Part shown: piece by piece, positions 19,405-29,228 of the stretch
How positions within the stretch are numbered: the stretch's first letter is position 1
How the letters are laid out: each line of letters opens with the position of its first letter
Assembly: GCA_036269235.1 (NCBI GenBank)
Contig: DATASL010000018.1
Coordinates: forward strand, 82,440-146,439
Origin: Rhizomicrobium sp.
GTDB lineage: Bacteria > Pseudomonadota > Alphaproteobacteria > Micropepsales > Micropepsaceae
Length of the DNA stretch: 64,000 nucleotides
Reading direction: 5' to 3'
The notes under the pieces: generated by a model
Database searches by the model: none
Told to the model about the DNA's origin: nothing
What the model saw: only the letters and a program-made list of their open reading frames with translations
Program-made: the position numbers and the translations under genes

Positions 19405-21378
19405 TTATCTGTGCGGTGTCCTGACCTTCACGGGCGCGCTCTTCGTGCCCGCTTGTGCGACCAGCGCCGCGCAATTGGCATTCTTCGCCAGACCCGCGTC
19501 GACAAAAGGAAGAATCGCCGCCGGGGGAAACAGGAAGCCGAGTGCGGCGGCGATGCCCGCCTGGGCGATGGCGTGTCCGGACTTCACACCGATGATCGGA
19601 TGAGCAAGCGAACCCTGCACGGTAACGGGCACGTTCAGATGCAGCAGCTGGAAGTGCTTGGGTTTGCCTTCGACGGTTAAGTTCAGCGTTTCATCGCGCA
19701 GATCGATGTCTCCCGTGCCGCTGACGAACACGGGATCGGTATCGAAGACCATCTGCTGAGCGGCGAAAACACCACGCCGCGCCTGAAAATGGACCAGCGC
19801 GCAACGCAGATCCGCATTGCTGGTATCTCCCGACAGTGTCAGACCCAGGGCGCTGATAACATTCACGCCCAGCCATTCGGCGAGGCTGCGCCGCACGCGA
19901 CCTTCGGGAATGACGAGGGTGAGGGCGCCATTGGCGCTTTGTGCCGCGGTGCGAACGGAATTACCTTCGCCGCTGAGAACCGCGCGCGCCTCGACAATCC
20001 CCGACAAGGGTTTCTCGGCATTTTTGATGAATTGTTCGATATGCACATGGCTCAACCGCGCATCCATGCTGGTGACAGTCGTCGGACGGCGCGCATCAAT
20101 GCGGACCGAGCCTGCAAGCCTGCCGCGGGCGAACTCAAAAGCCAGCGGCTTGAGCTGAAGCACGCCATTCTCGAGGCTGATGTGCGTGGACAGCTTGCGC
20201 AACGGAAAATCGTGCGACGTGATCGAATTCGCGGTGTAATCGACTTCCGCGTTTGTTCCCCGAAGACGGCCGACGCGCAAAGGCGTATCGGGAAGGATAC
20301 TCTTTGTACTGTCCCCCGTTGCCGACTGGCCAACCACCGGGCCCAGATCGCTGAAATTCAGAGTAGTTGACGCGACGGCTCCCCGAAGGAATGGCAGTTT
20401 CCCGGAGGTATCTACTGAAACATTGCCGTGCAGGTCACTATGTCCCACCGTGCCGGTAAAACTCGTCAGCCGATACAGCGCGCCGTCGCGAACCAGCGTG
20501 CCCGAGATTCGGTAGGGAGGCGTACCGGGTAACGCAACCGAAGTGAGGTCGTAGAGGTCCGACAGGTTGCTTCCCGTCACCGTAGCACGCGCAATGTAGT
20601 GGCCAAGCTGGAACGGTTTGGTAATTTGCCCGGCGATGACGGCATGGGTAGCGCCGGCTCTCACATCGGCGTTGAACGCATAGGGACGGCTAATGTCGAC
20701 ATGTATCAATGGGCCGCCGCGGACATCGGCGTTGAAAGTCTTGCCGTTCAATGTGCCGGTTCCGAACAACTGGAAGGCCGCTTTTGTCGTGCCCTCGTTT
20801 TCGCGCGACGAAACCGTTCCCGAAAAAGTAAGGCGACGAGCGTGATCTTCAATGTGAACGGATCCCTCATTGAGGAGAAATCGCCGGATGGGCGGAATAT
20901 CGGCGCCCTGAGAATTGTTTGTGAACTGCCAGTTTGTCCTGCCGTCCGCTTCCCGCACAATATCGATACTGGGATGATCGAGGCTCACCAGCGGCAGCAC
21001 CCAACGGCCACCGAATAAGAGCGGCAGCAGGCGGAATTCGAACGTGAGATGCCGCACATCCGCCGCCGGCCGGCTGTTGAGCCATTCGGGATTGGCGATC
21101 CAAAGGCCGCCGAGATCAACTCGCGGCTGCCAGGAAAACAGATTGACCCTCAGATTGCCGGTTATACGTACTTCGCGCTCAAGCCTGTGCGACAGGTAGC
21201 GTGAAACCGGTCCCCGCATTGTGTTCCAATCCAGGAAATAAAGCGCCAAAACAGCGGAAACGATCACCAATGCGACTATGAGGAAAAGCCGTGCCGTCCA
21301 GATGAACACGGCGCGGGCCAAGCCATGCCGGGCAACGGGCGCGGCTGACGATCTCTGCGACACAATAGTGGCCGCCAT
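19405..21378 (-). CDS. AsmA family protein
   Basis: N-terminal TM then DWNTMRGP, GRTNWQF, TPPYRISG, GHSDLHG, LRCALVHF. Confidence 0.88.
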   Translation of the reverse strand: MAATIVSQRSSAAPVARHGLARAVFIWTARLFLIVALVIVSAVLALYFLDWNTMRGPVSRYLSHRLEREVRITGNLRVNLFSWQPRVDLGGLWIANPEWLNSRPAADVRHLTFEFRLLPLLFGGRWVLPLVSLDHPSIDIVREADGRTNWQFTNNSQGADIPPIRRFLLNEGSVHIEDHARRLTFSGTVSSRENEGTTKAAFQLFGTGTLNGKTFNADVRGGPLIHVDISRPYAFNADVRAGATHAVIAGQITKPFQLGHYIARATVTGSNLSDLYDLTSVALPGTPPYRISGTLVRDGALYRLTSFTGTVGHSDLHGNVSVDTSGKLPFLRGAVASTTLNFSDLGPVVGQSATGDSTKSILPDTPLRVGRLRGTNAEVDYTANSITSHDFPLRKLSTHISLENGVLQLKPLAFEFARGRLAGSVRIDARRPTTVTSMDARLSHVHIEQFIKNAEKPLSGIVEARAVLSGEGNSVRTAAQSANGALTLVIPEGRVRRSLAEWLGVNVISALGLTLSGDTSNADLRCALVHFQARRGVFAAQQMVFDTDPVFVSGTGDIDLRDETLNLTVEGKPKHFQLLHLNVPVTVQGSLAHPIIGVKSGHAIAQAGIAAALGFLFPPAAILPFVDAGLAKNANCAALVAQAGTKSAPVKVRTPHR

Positions 21379-21460
21379 CGGGGCTGCTCCTCGCTCGCAT
21401 CCCTCCCGATTTGACAACGCGGAACGCGCGGAAAAGTCGGCGAGCCCGGCCAGGGGCCCG

Positions 21461-22294
21461 TCAAACCACCGTTATGGTTGCCGGCTTTTGGTTCGTGCGT
21501 CCCAGCAATGGCGCCACTACAGATGCAATTCTGCGCATCCGGTCGTCGAACCCAAACGGCGGATTGACGATGAGCAAGCCGGCGCCAGCCAGGCGTTCCC
21601 TTTCAGGGCTCGACACCCGGTCAGTCTCAACTTCAACGCGCAGAGTTTGTCCGATGCCGCTCGCAGATGCTTCACCGTAGAGCGCATCGACGGCGGCGCG
21701 CGACTTTATCGGATACCAGACAACATATATTCCCGTTGCAAACCGCCGATGTGCGGCAGCGAGAGCTTCACCGACGCGCGTGAACTCATTTTCCGCTTCG
21801 TAAGGAGGATCGATCAGTATGACTCCGCGGCGTTCGTGAGGCGGAAGGAGCGCGGGCAATCTCTCATAACCGTCCGCTTCTACGACCCGGGCATTCCGGA
21901 TACCGGAAAGGGAGGTATGCAATGTTCCTGCAGCGACGGGATGTCTTTCGATCGCAACAAGCCGATCCTGCGGCCGCAGCAGGCGCGTCGCGATACGCGC
22001 CGACCCCGGGTAGCGCCCTTCGCCTTCCTGTTTCACGAGAGTGAGATATGCCCTGAGCGCATCGGGCAATTGTGGATCGTCGTGCAGGGACAGAAGCCGG
22101 CCAATCCCGGCGGCCGCTTCGCCGGTTCGCGCAGCTTCGGTGCTTTCGAGATCATAGATACCGGCACCGGCATGCGTGTCGATGATACAAAACGGCTTGT
22201 CCTTTTGCCTGAGGTGCCTGAGCACCGCGACGAGCGCGATATGCTTTATGACATCCGCAAAATTCCCCGCATGAAATGCGTGGCGGTAATTCAC
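21461..22294 (-). CDS. rlmJ: 23S rRNA (adenine2030-N6)-methyltransferase
   Basis: NYRHAFHAGNFADVIKH, DTHAGAGIYDL, YPGS, LIDPPYE, WYPIK. Confidence 0.95.
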   Translation of the reverse strand: MNYRHAFHAGNFADVIKHIALVAVLRHLRQKDKPFCIIDTHAGAGIYDLESTEAARTGEAAAGIGRLLSLHDDPQLPDALRAYLTLVKQEGEGRYPGSARIATRLLRPQDRLVAIERHPVAAGTLHTSLSGIRNARVVEADGYERLPALLPPHERRGVILIDPPYEAENEFTRVGEALAAAHRRFATGIYVVWYPIKSRAAVDALYGEASASGIGQTLRVEVETDRVSSPERERLAGAGLLIVNPPFGFDDRMRRIASVVAPLLGRTNQKPATITVV

Positions 22295-22420
22295 GCGGAA
22301 ATCCTTGGAATATAAGGAGAATTCGATCGCGCCGCGAAGTTGGCTTGCCCTGCCCCTTCTTTCTGCGCCATGATGAACCCACGGTGGGGGTTCTGAACTG
22401 GAACCAAGGAACGGCGACGC

Positions 22421-22831
22421 ATGTCCGCTTTGCCCCAACGTGCGCTTATTCGAACGCAGCCTTCCCGCGGCGAAGCTGTGCCGATATCGTGCATCGGCAG
22501 CGGACTGACAATCACCGGCAATCTCGAAACGGAAGGCGAGCTGCATGTGCACGGAAAGGTGCAGGGCTCATTATGCGCCGACCGATTGGTTCTGGCTACG
22601 GACGGCGCGGTGGAAGGGGACATTGTCGCGCGCGACGCCCGCATCTGCGGCCGGGTCAATGGTCGCGTATTCGCCCTGAATGTGACGGTCGACAGCACGG
22701 CCGACATCACGGGCCGGATTTTTCATAATACGGTGGAAGTGGCAAGAGGAGCGCGCGTGGACGCGCGAATGCCCTGGCGACCGCTCAATTTCTTTGAAAC
22801 GCTCGAACAAATCCCGGAGACACAACCATGA
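22421..22831 (+). CDS. Bactofilin (polymer-forming cytoskeletal protein)
   Basis: SCIGSGLTITGNLETEGELHVHGKVQG..VEGDI beta-helix repeats. Confidence 0.88.
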   Translation: MSALPQRALIRTQPSRGEAVPISCIGSGLTITGNLETEGELHVHGKVQGSLCADRLVLATDGAVEGDIVARDARICGRVNGRVFALNVTVDSTADITGRIFHNTVEVARGARVDARMPWRPLNFFETLEQIPETQP

Positions 22832-23406
22832 CCATGTTCTCGCGCAACGACAAGATGCCTGAGCCCACGACAGCGGCCAAGCCGGCCGCAACGGCTGCGC
22901 CGATAAATACGACGCCAAACTCTGCGCCACAACCTGCTCCGGCGCCTGTCGAGGCGCGGCGCGTGTCATCCTCGCCAGCGGCGCATGGCGGCACGCAGTC
23001 GGTTTCGGTTATCAGCAAAGCGCTCAAGATTACGGGCCAGCTCGAAAGCACCGAAGACATTCACATCGAAGGCGAAGTGGATGGCGACATCCGCGGCGTA
23101 GGCGTGAAGATCGGCCACAACGCCAAAGTCAAAGGGACCGTTTACGGCGAACAAGTCGAAGTGGCGGGCACGGTGATCGGCAAGGTGGAAGCACGAAAAG
23201 TCGTGATCGCAAGTACCGGGCATATGAGCGGAGACGTCATCCATCTGGATATCCGCATCGATTCCGGCGCCTATATCGATGGCCATTGCCGCCCCGAATA
23301 TGGCAAGCCCGACGGCAAGGCACACGCGATCCAGAAGCCTGCAGCAGCGCCGGCGCCTAATTATTCCACAGCCAAGCCGGCCGAGCCCGCCCGCTCGACC
23401 GCTTAG
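22828..23406 (+). CDS. Bactofilin with Pro/Ala-rich tails
   Basis: SVISKALKITGQLES..IHIEGEVDGDI..VKGTV..IDSGAYIDGHC; ATGA overlap with the first bactofilin. Confidence 0.9.
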   Translation: MTMFSRNDKMPEPTTAAKPAATAAPINTTPNSAPQPAPAPVEARRVSSSPAAHGGTQSVSVISKALKITGQLESTEDIHIEGEVDGDIRGVGVKIGHNAKVKGTVYGEQVEVAGTVIGKVEARKVVIASTGHMSGDVIHLDIRIDSGAYIDGHCRPEYGKPDGKAHAIQKPAAAPAPNYSTAKPAEPARSTA

Positions 23407-23437
23407 TAATTATAAGCGGGAACATGCGTCGGCTTTC

Positions 23438-23550
23438 TTTCCGTCCCCACGCGTAGTGGGTGCCGAAAGGGGCAGAGCGGGCCAGGTGTGCGATTTGCCC
23501 TTGCACCGTTTGGCGGCCCCCCTTCCCCACGCTTCGCGCGGGGAAGGAAA
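23438..23550. repeat. ~113-bp palindromic intergenic repeat (CIR/RIME-like)
   Basis: Terminal IR TTTCCGTCCCCACGCG / CGCGCGGGGAAGGAAA (14/16), between convergent genes; same length class as 4507-4618. Confidence 0.6.
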
Positions 23551-23574
23551 CCAAAACGCGCGCAGCCTGCCGCT

Positions 23575-25704
23575 TCAATCCTCTCCCGGCGCCAGACCGC
23601 GATGCACCAGCATGGGCTGAATGTCGGGATCCTTGCCGTAAAAGGCGCGGAACATCGGACCGTAATCCTCGCTGTGGCCGCGCGACAGGATCATGTCGCG
23701 GAAGCGCTGGCCGTTCTCGCGGGTCAGCCCGCCATGCGCCTTGAACCACGCGAACGCGTCATCATCCAGCATCTCCGTCCACAGGTAGGCGTAGTAACCG
23801 GCGGCGTAACCATTGGCCCAGATATGGAGGAAATAGCTCGACCGGTAGCGCGGCGGCACAAAGGGAAAGTCGACATGCGCAGCCTTGAGCGCCTGCCCCT
23901 CGAATGTGTCGACATCCTGCCTCGGCGCGTCGGCCGTCAGCATATGCCATTGCATATCGAGTTCCGCCGCGGCAACGACTTCACCCAAAGCGTAGCCCTG
24001 ATTGAACTTCGCCGCCTTCTTGAGTTTGTCGATCAGTTCCTGTGGCATCGGCTTGCCGGTGCGATAATCCTTCGCATAGTGCTTCAGCACATCGGGATAC
24101 AGCGCCCAGTGCTCATTGAACTGCGACGGAAATTCGACGAAGTCGCGCGCCACGCTCGTGCCCGAGATCAGCGGATAGGTCTGGTTCGCAAACAGTCCAT
24201 GCAGGCCGTGGCCGAATTCGTGGAACATGGTGGTCACGTCGTCAAATGAAAGCAGCGCAGGCTGTCCGGGCGCCGGTTTGGTGAAATTCGCGACATTGTA
24301 GATCACCGGCTTGGTGCCGACGAGCTTGGATTGCTCCATGAAATTGCTCATCCAGGCGCCGCCCGATTTGTTGTCGCGCTTGAAATAATCGAAATAAGCG
24401 AGACCGAGTTGCGAGCCGTCCTTGTCGAACACTTCGAACACGCGCACGTCCGGCTGATAGACCGGAATATCTTTCCTCTGCTTGAAGGTGATGCCGTAAA
24501 GCTTGTTCGCAGCATAAAACAAGCCGTTCTCGAGAACGTTGTTCAGCTCGAAATATGGTTTGACCTGACTTTCGTCGACATCGAACTTCGCCTTGCGCAC
24601 CTTCTCCGAATACTGCTCCCAGTCCCACGGTTTCAGGTCGAAATGCGCGCCGGACGCGTTGATCGCGGCCTGGACGTCCTTCGCCTCGGCGGCGGATTTC
24701 GCTCTCACCGGCCCGACCAGATTGTTCATGAAGTCCAGGACTTTGTCGGGCGTGTTGGCCATCTGGTCGTAAAGCACATAGGCCGCATAATTCGGGTAGC
24801 CGAGCAGCTTCGCCTTCCGGGCGCGGAGCTGGGCAAGCTCGGAGATGATGGCGCGCGTGTCGTTGGCATCGCCCCTCTCGGCGCGCGTCCAGGAATTGTG
24901 GAACAGCTTCTCGCGCACGCCGCGGTCCGTGAGGTCCTGCAGTGCCGGCTGCTGTGTCGTGTTCTGCAGCGGAATAACGAATTTGCCGTCGAGCTTGCGC
25001 GCCTTTGCGGCTTCCGCCGCTGCGGCAATTTCCTGATCGCTCATGCCGGCAAGTTTTGCCTTGTCATCGACTACCAGGCCACCAGCCTTGGCAGCTGCGA
25101 CAAGCTTCTGCTGAAACGACGTCTCGAGTTCCGCGTCGCGCTTGTTGAGCGCCTTAAGCTTCTCCTTGTCCGGATCGGACAACAGCGCGCCGGCATGCAC
25201 GAACTGCGTGTAATAAAGCTTGAGAACCTGCATCGCTTCGGGATCGAGGTGCAACGATGCGCGCGCGTCGTAGATCGACTTCACCCGCGCGAAGAGCGTC
25301 GGATTCAGGAAAATCGAATCGGCATGAGCCGCGAGTTTCGGAGCTTCATCGGTCTGGACTTTGTCCAGCGTGTCGTTGGTATTGGCCTGCACCACACCGG
25401 CGAAGGCGAGCGAAACGCGATCGAGCAACCGGCCCGATTTCTCCATGGCGGCGATGGTGTTATCGAAAGAGGCCGGCGCGGAATTGTTGGCAATCGCCTC
25501 CATCTCGGCGAGCTGCACGCGCATGCCTTCCTCGAGTGCCGGCTGGTAGTCGCTGTCCTTGATCTTGTCGAAAGGCGGCGCCTGGTAAGGCAGCGTGCTT
25601 TCCCTGGCGAACGGGTTGGAATCGGGGAGGGCGGCTTGGGCGGTGGCGGCGGCAATCATGAAAAGTGCGGTAGCGCCGAGGCAAAGCGTACGCAAGCGAG
25701 GCAT
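23575..25704 (-). CDS. dcp: Peptidyl-dipeptidase Dcp (M3 metallopeptidase)
   Basis: Signal peptide; KSGGAWM, FHEFGHGLH zinc motif, RDFVEFPSQ, GYAAGYYAYLW. Confidence 0.93.
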   Translation of the reverse strand: MPRLRTLCLGATALFMIAAATAQAALPDSNPFARESTLPYQAPPFDKIKDSDYQPALEEGMRVQLAEMEAIANNSAPASFDNTIAAMEKSGRLLDRVSLAFAGVVQANTNDTLDKVQTDEAPKLAAHADSIFLNPTLFARVKSIYDARASLHLDPEAMQVLKLYYTQFVHAGALLSDPDKEKLKALNKRDAELETSFQQKLVAAAKAGGLVVDDKAKLAGMSDQEIAAAAEAAKARKLDGKFVIPLQNTTQQPALQDLTDRGVREKLFHNSWTRAERGDANDTRAIISELAQLRARKAKLLGYPNYAAYVLYDQMANTPDKVLDFMNNLVGPVRAKSAAEAKDVQAAINASGAHFDLKPWDWEQYSEKVRKAKFDVDESQVKPYFELNNVLENGLFYAANKLYGITFKQRKDIPVYQPDVRVFEVFDKDGSQLGLAYFDYFKRDNKSGGAWMSNFMEQSKLVGTKPVIYNVANFTKPAPGQPALLSFDDVTTMFHEFGHGLHGLFANQTYPLISGTSVARDFVEFPSQFNEHWALYPDVLKHYAKDYRTGKPMPQELIDKLKKAAKFNQGYALGEVVAAAELDMQWHMLTADAPRQDVDTFEGQALKAAHVDFPFVPPRYRSSYFLHIWANGYAAGYYAYLWTEMLDDDAFAWFKAHGGLTRENGQRFRDMILSRGHSEDYGPMFRAFYGKDPDIQPMLVHRGLAPGED

Positions 25705-25847
25705 TGGATTTCCCTTCGAGGACGCGGCAGGCCGCCGCGGAAAAAGACAGGCTGACTCGCCATTTTAGCCGGCCAATCCAGCCTTTGCCACCAGTGCAAC
25801 CGGCCCACCGTTCAGTTTTCGGTGAGGTGCCGGCAAGCGAGTCGGCG

Positions 25848-26822
25848 CTAGAGCGGAAATGCGAGCCGGGCTCTCGTGCCCCCTGCGTCTTCGAACACAA
25901 GCGTACCCTGGAGCTGCGCAGCGAGACTTTCGATGATGCCCTTTCCGAGACTGCTGCGCCCGGTTTGGCCATAATTCTCCGGGAGTCCCACACCGTTGTC
26001 GGAAACGGTAAGCACGGCCACAGCACCATCCGCGCGCAGGTCAATCGAGATTATACCTTCGATGCGTTCGTGAAATGCGTGCTTCACGCTGTTGGTTACG
26101 AGTTCGGCCGTCATCAGCGAGATCGTCATCAGGGACTCGAGGTCGAGAACGACGGGCGCCGCCTGCACCTCAACCTCGACAAAGGGGACATCGCTCGCCG
26201 CCACCAGGTCGCGGCACAATTCGCCAAGATATTCTCCGACCGGCGAACTTACGGCGTCCGGGTCGTGGAGGCGGCGATGGACGCGCGACATGAGTTCAAG
26301 CCGATTCTGCGCATCGCCAAGTACCCGCCGGGCGGCACTGTCGGCATCGATGCTTCGTTTGCCGATACGCAGCACACCGGCCACGAATTGCAGATTGTTG
26401 GCGACCCGATGCTGCAATTCGCGAAACATGGTGTGCGACCGTTCGCGTGCAATCGCGAGATCTTCCATCGACTGCTTGAGCGTCGCAATGACATATAGTT
26501 CAAAAGCCGCCGTCGTCATGAATACAATCATGGTGACGACTGCGCGCAATTCGATCGCGAATGTTCCGTAGGGCGGGAAAAACCATGTCCAGGCGACGAG
26601 CGAGCAAACAACTGCCGTACCCAGCCCGATAGGCAGGCCGCCGAGAACGCCGGACAGCAGGATGGCAGGCAGCAGCAGCATGGGTCCAAAGCCTTCGCTC
26701 AAATCGCCGAGCGACCAGCGGAGTGCCACCGCCAGCGCGACGAGCACGCAGGCCGCAGCTACGCCGCGCCAGGGGCGGTCGCGCTGCCGCGGACGGAGAA
26801 ATGCTGCCAGAGAGCTTCTCAT
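25848..26822 (-). CDS. Membrane sensor histidine kinase (DUF4118-like TM region + HisKA_2)
   Basis: 4 TM segments; H-box RELQHRVANNLQ, ELVTNSVKHAF, VSDNGVGLP, SLG..I. Confidence 0.9.
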   Translation of the reverse strand: MRSSLAAFLRPRQRDRPWRGVAAACVLVALAVALRWSLGDLSEGFGPMLLLPAILLSGVLGGLPIGLGTAVVCSLVAWTWFFPPYGTFAIELRAVVTMIVFMTTAAFELYVIATLKQSMEDLAIARERSHTMFRELQHRVANNLQFVAGVLRIGKRSIDADSAARRVLGDAQNRLELMSRVHRRLHDPDAVSSPVGEYLGELCRDLVAASDVPFVEVEVQAAPVVLDLESLMTISLMTAELVTNSVKHAFHERIEGIISIDLRADGAVAVLTVSDNGVGLPENYGQTGRSSLGKGIIESLAAQLQGTLVFEDAGGTRARLAFPL

Positions 26823-26956
26823 GCGTCGATTGGAAACGGGACCGCTGCCAATCGCAACAGCGAAGTAGCATATATTTGGGGATCGCGTAGGGCTCTGGAG
26901 CCCGGCACGACGATCCCGCCCCTCGGTTCTTCAATGGCGCCCGGATACAAGCAATG

Positions 26957-26980
26957 GGGACAGCAATGCTTTGCTGTCCC
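26957..26980 (-). terminator. Hairpin downstream of the Pro-rich lipoprotein gene
   Basis: GGGACAGCAA-TGCT-TTGCTGTCCC, 10-bp perfect stem. Confidence 0.5.
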
Positions 26981-26997
26981 GCGCCGGAGCGGCGTTC

Positions 26998-27270
26998 TTA
27001 CGGACCGCCGTTACCGCTGGTGCCCGCGCCGCCCGAGGCAGCGCCTCCCGACGTCATACCGCTGTTGGTCGTATTGGTAGTCGTGGACGTGCCGCTTTGG
27101 TAGTTGCTTGGTGGCGGTGGCGGCGGGGTCTGATTATAGGATTGCCCGTTGGCGGGCGGCGGCGCCGGCGGTGGTGTCGATGCGTTGGACGCACAGCCCG
27201 CAAGCGCGGACGCCGCCAAAAGGGCCGCAAGGGGGGCACCAAGTTTCCGGTTACACGAAGAGTGGGTCAT
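26998..27270 (-). CDS. Small Pro/Gly/Thr-rich lipoprotein
   Basis: SD AGGAG; lipobox LAGC; low-complexity PPPAPPP..TSTTTNTT tail. Confidence 0.7.
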   Translation of the reverse strand: MTHSSCNRKLGAPLAALLAASALAGCASNASTPPPAPPPANGQSYNQTPPPPPPSNYQSGTSTTTNTTNSGMTSGGAASGGAGTSGNGGP

Positions 27271-27303
27271 GCTTCTGCTCCTATGCCCGCTCGACGGCAT
27301 GTG

Positions 27304-27328
27304 AACGCGAAGGCATATCACCCGTTCC
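27304..27328 (-). promoter_or_regulatory. Putative EcfG/sigmaT promoter (GGAAC-N16-CGTT)
   Basis: Minus strand GGAAC 27328-27324, CGTT 27307-27304; 33 nt upstream of ATG 27270. Confidence 0.65.
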
Positions 27329-27375
27329 GGGAACCGCGGACGGCCCGCCAGCGACAAATTTGTTCGAAGGCTGCT

Positions 27376-27846
27376 TTATCTCCGCTGGCGCCGAAGGACC
27401 AACAAAACCATTGCGCCGGCCATGCACCAGGCGAGAACGGCTCCCAACCCAAACATGACTCGCCCGGCCATATCACCGCCGGCGCCGGCGGGCACCACAA
27501 ATCCGTCCAGCGAAACCGTAAAGTGTCGTTCGCCGGATCCGAAGGCGACCCAGCTGAAGAGCGCCGCGAGCGATACAACAATCAGTATTCCCAGACCGTC
27601 ATTCAAAATCCGAATGGTGCGCGGGGCCGTGGCCAGCAAATTGCCGCTTGCATCGCTGCCCGCGAAGCTCCGGATGATTGCGGTGATTCCCGCGAGCAGG
27701 AATGCGAGTCCGATAACCGCGCCAACCCAACCCGGAGCCGCATCCGGGGTGTGAGGCGCCGTGGGCAGAACACCCATCAAAGCGAGGAAGGGGAAAGTTC
27801 CCGCCGCAAGTCCGGCCAGGCCCAGCGCAAAGGTCGTCTTGTTCAA
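27376..27846 (-). CDS. Hypothetical membrane protein
   Basis: 4 hydrophobic helices; WVAFGSGERHF motif; start uncertain (TTG 27846). Confidence 0.65.
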   Translation of the reverse strand: MNKTTFALGLAGLAAGTFPFLALMGVLPTAPHTPDAAPGWVGAVIGLAFLLAGITAIIRSFAGSDASGNLLATAPRTIRILNDGLGILIVVSLAALFSWVAFGSGERHFTVSLDGFVVPAGAGGDMAGRVMFGLGAVLAWCMAGAMVLLVLRRQRR

Positions 27847-27994
27847 AACCACCCATCCGGTTCGCTTACTGCCTAAAGCTACGCCGCCTCGGGTAAACAT
27901 AATATAATTGACCATGAACGGCGCGTCGGTCAGCGGTCGCGAGGCGCCGCGGTCCGGCGGGGCGATCCCCGTTGCAAAGAAGCGTTCGACTTCC

Positions 27995-28019
27995 GGAACG
28001 GCGCGCGCCATCATCCGTT
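27995..28019 (+). promoter_or_regulatory. Putative EcfG/sigmaT promoter (GGAAC-N16-CGTT)
   Basis: GGAAC 27995-27999, CGTT 28016-28019, upstream of a small DUF883-like gene. Confidence 0.65.
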
Positions 28020-28045
28020 AATGGAAGCCAAACAGGAGTTGAATC

Positions 28046-28222
28046 ATGGCGATGCCGGACGAAAACGAAGATCGGCTGGGCTCCCGTAGCTCGATTGAGA
28101 ACCGGCTTCCAGACAACGAATATCTTTGCAGCGAAGTGGAAACCTACATCCGGGCCAAACCCTTCCGGGCGATCGCCATCGCGCTCTTCGCCGGAATCGT
28201 AGTGGGAAAAATCCTTCTTTAG
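28046..28222 (+). CDS. Small DUF883/ElaB-YqjD-like tail-anchored protein (58 aa)
   Basis: Below ORF-track cutoff; SD AGGAG; ..EVETYIRAKPFRAIAIALFAGIVVGKILL C-terminus typical of DUF883. Confidence 0.7.
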   Translation: MAMPDENEDRLGSRSSIENRLPDNEYLCSEVETYIRAKPFRAIAIALFAGIVVGKILL

Positions 28223-28474
28223 CACCTACGGCATTCACACTGTGATCGCAGGAACGGTGGAGGCACGGACATTATTTCCGCAAGGCGAAAACCGTGCCCC
28301 ACTCATCGGCGGCTGCTCTCGGGGTGCTTGCGATTTTTACTCCCTTGTCTCTGTTTGCATTTTGGCGGCTGTCCCGGATGACGGCGCATGAGCAGAAGCC
28401 GGTAACGCTTTCGTGTGTCCGGAGTGCAGCGTGAAGCGCTAAGCTAGAACTGCCGACTATCCGGGGAATTCCCT

Positions 28475-29221
28475 ATGACCATGCGCGCAGTTCTCGCCGT
28501 CGTGGCCTTTGTGCTGACGACCACCGCCACTCCAGCGGGCGCGGACATGCCCGATTACATCGGCAAGGCTGTGGCTGACCCCTCACGGCCCGCGGATGAC
28601 AAGAAGCTCGATGCGGATCGCAAGCCCGGGCAGGTACTGACATACGCCCAGGTGAAGCCGGGCGAGACCGTCGGCGAATATCTGCCCGGCGGAGGTTATT
28701 ACACCCGCCTTCTGAGCGATATCGTCGGGCCAGGCGGCAAAATCTTCGCGCTGGAAACGACGACGTGGGGCACGGGCAACGTGAAGGCCGCCCAGGCGCT
28801 GTTGCACGAACCCGGCCATGGCAATGTTTCGCTCGACCTTGCCCCGCTCGGTCAGTTTCGCTTGCCCCAGAAAGTCGACATGTTCTGGACTTCGCTCAAC
28901 TATCACGACCTGCATATCCCGAAATATGCGAGTGTCGATATGTTGGCATTCAACAAGCACGTCTTCAATTCGTTGAAGCCGGGCGGCGTTTATCTCATAA
29001 TCGATCATGCGGCGTCGGCGGGAAGCGGCGCCACAACGGCGCCGAAACTGCATCGCATCGAAAAAGCGACGGTCGTAAAGGAGGTCACGGCCGCCGGCTT
29101 CAAACTGGCCGGCGAGAGCGATATACTGGCCAACCCTGCAGACGATCACACCAAGGTGGTATTCGATCCATCAATCCGCTGGCATACGGATCGGTTCATC
29201 CTCAAATTCGTGCGGCCGTAA
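28475..29221 (+). CDS. Exported class I SAM-dependent methyltransferase (COG4798-like)
   Basis: Signal peptide; DADRKP, EYLPGGGYYT, LNYHD, LKPGGVYLIIDH, TDRFILKF. Confidence 0.85.
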   Translation: MTMRAVLAVVAFVLTTTATPAGADMPDYIGKAVADPSRPADDKKLDADRKPGQVLTYAQVKPGETVGEYLPGGGYYTRLLSDIVGPGGKIFALETTTWGTGNVKAAQALLHEPGHGNVSLDLAPLGQFRLPQKVDMFWTSLNYHDLHIPKYASVDMLAFNKHVFNSLKPGGVYLIIDHAASAGSGATTAPKLHRIEKATVVKEVTAAGFKLAGESDILANPADDHTKVVFDPSIRWHTDRFILKFVRP

Positions 29222-29228
29222 CAGACGG

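Noticed and set aside
24331-25755. Long antisense ORFs (e.g. 24331-25755 +, 7117-8355 +, 44758-46098 +, 47337-48344 +, 50319-51485 +, 62514-63452 -)
   Set aside because: Shadow frames opposite well-supported genes in GC-rich DNA; no recognisable motifs
28290-28435. Possible small hydrophobic ORF (VPHSSAAALGVLAIFTPLSLFAFWRL...)
   Set aside because: No clear SD or family signature
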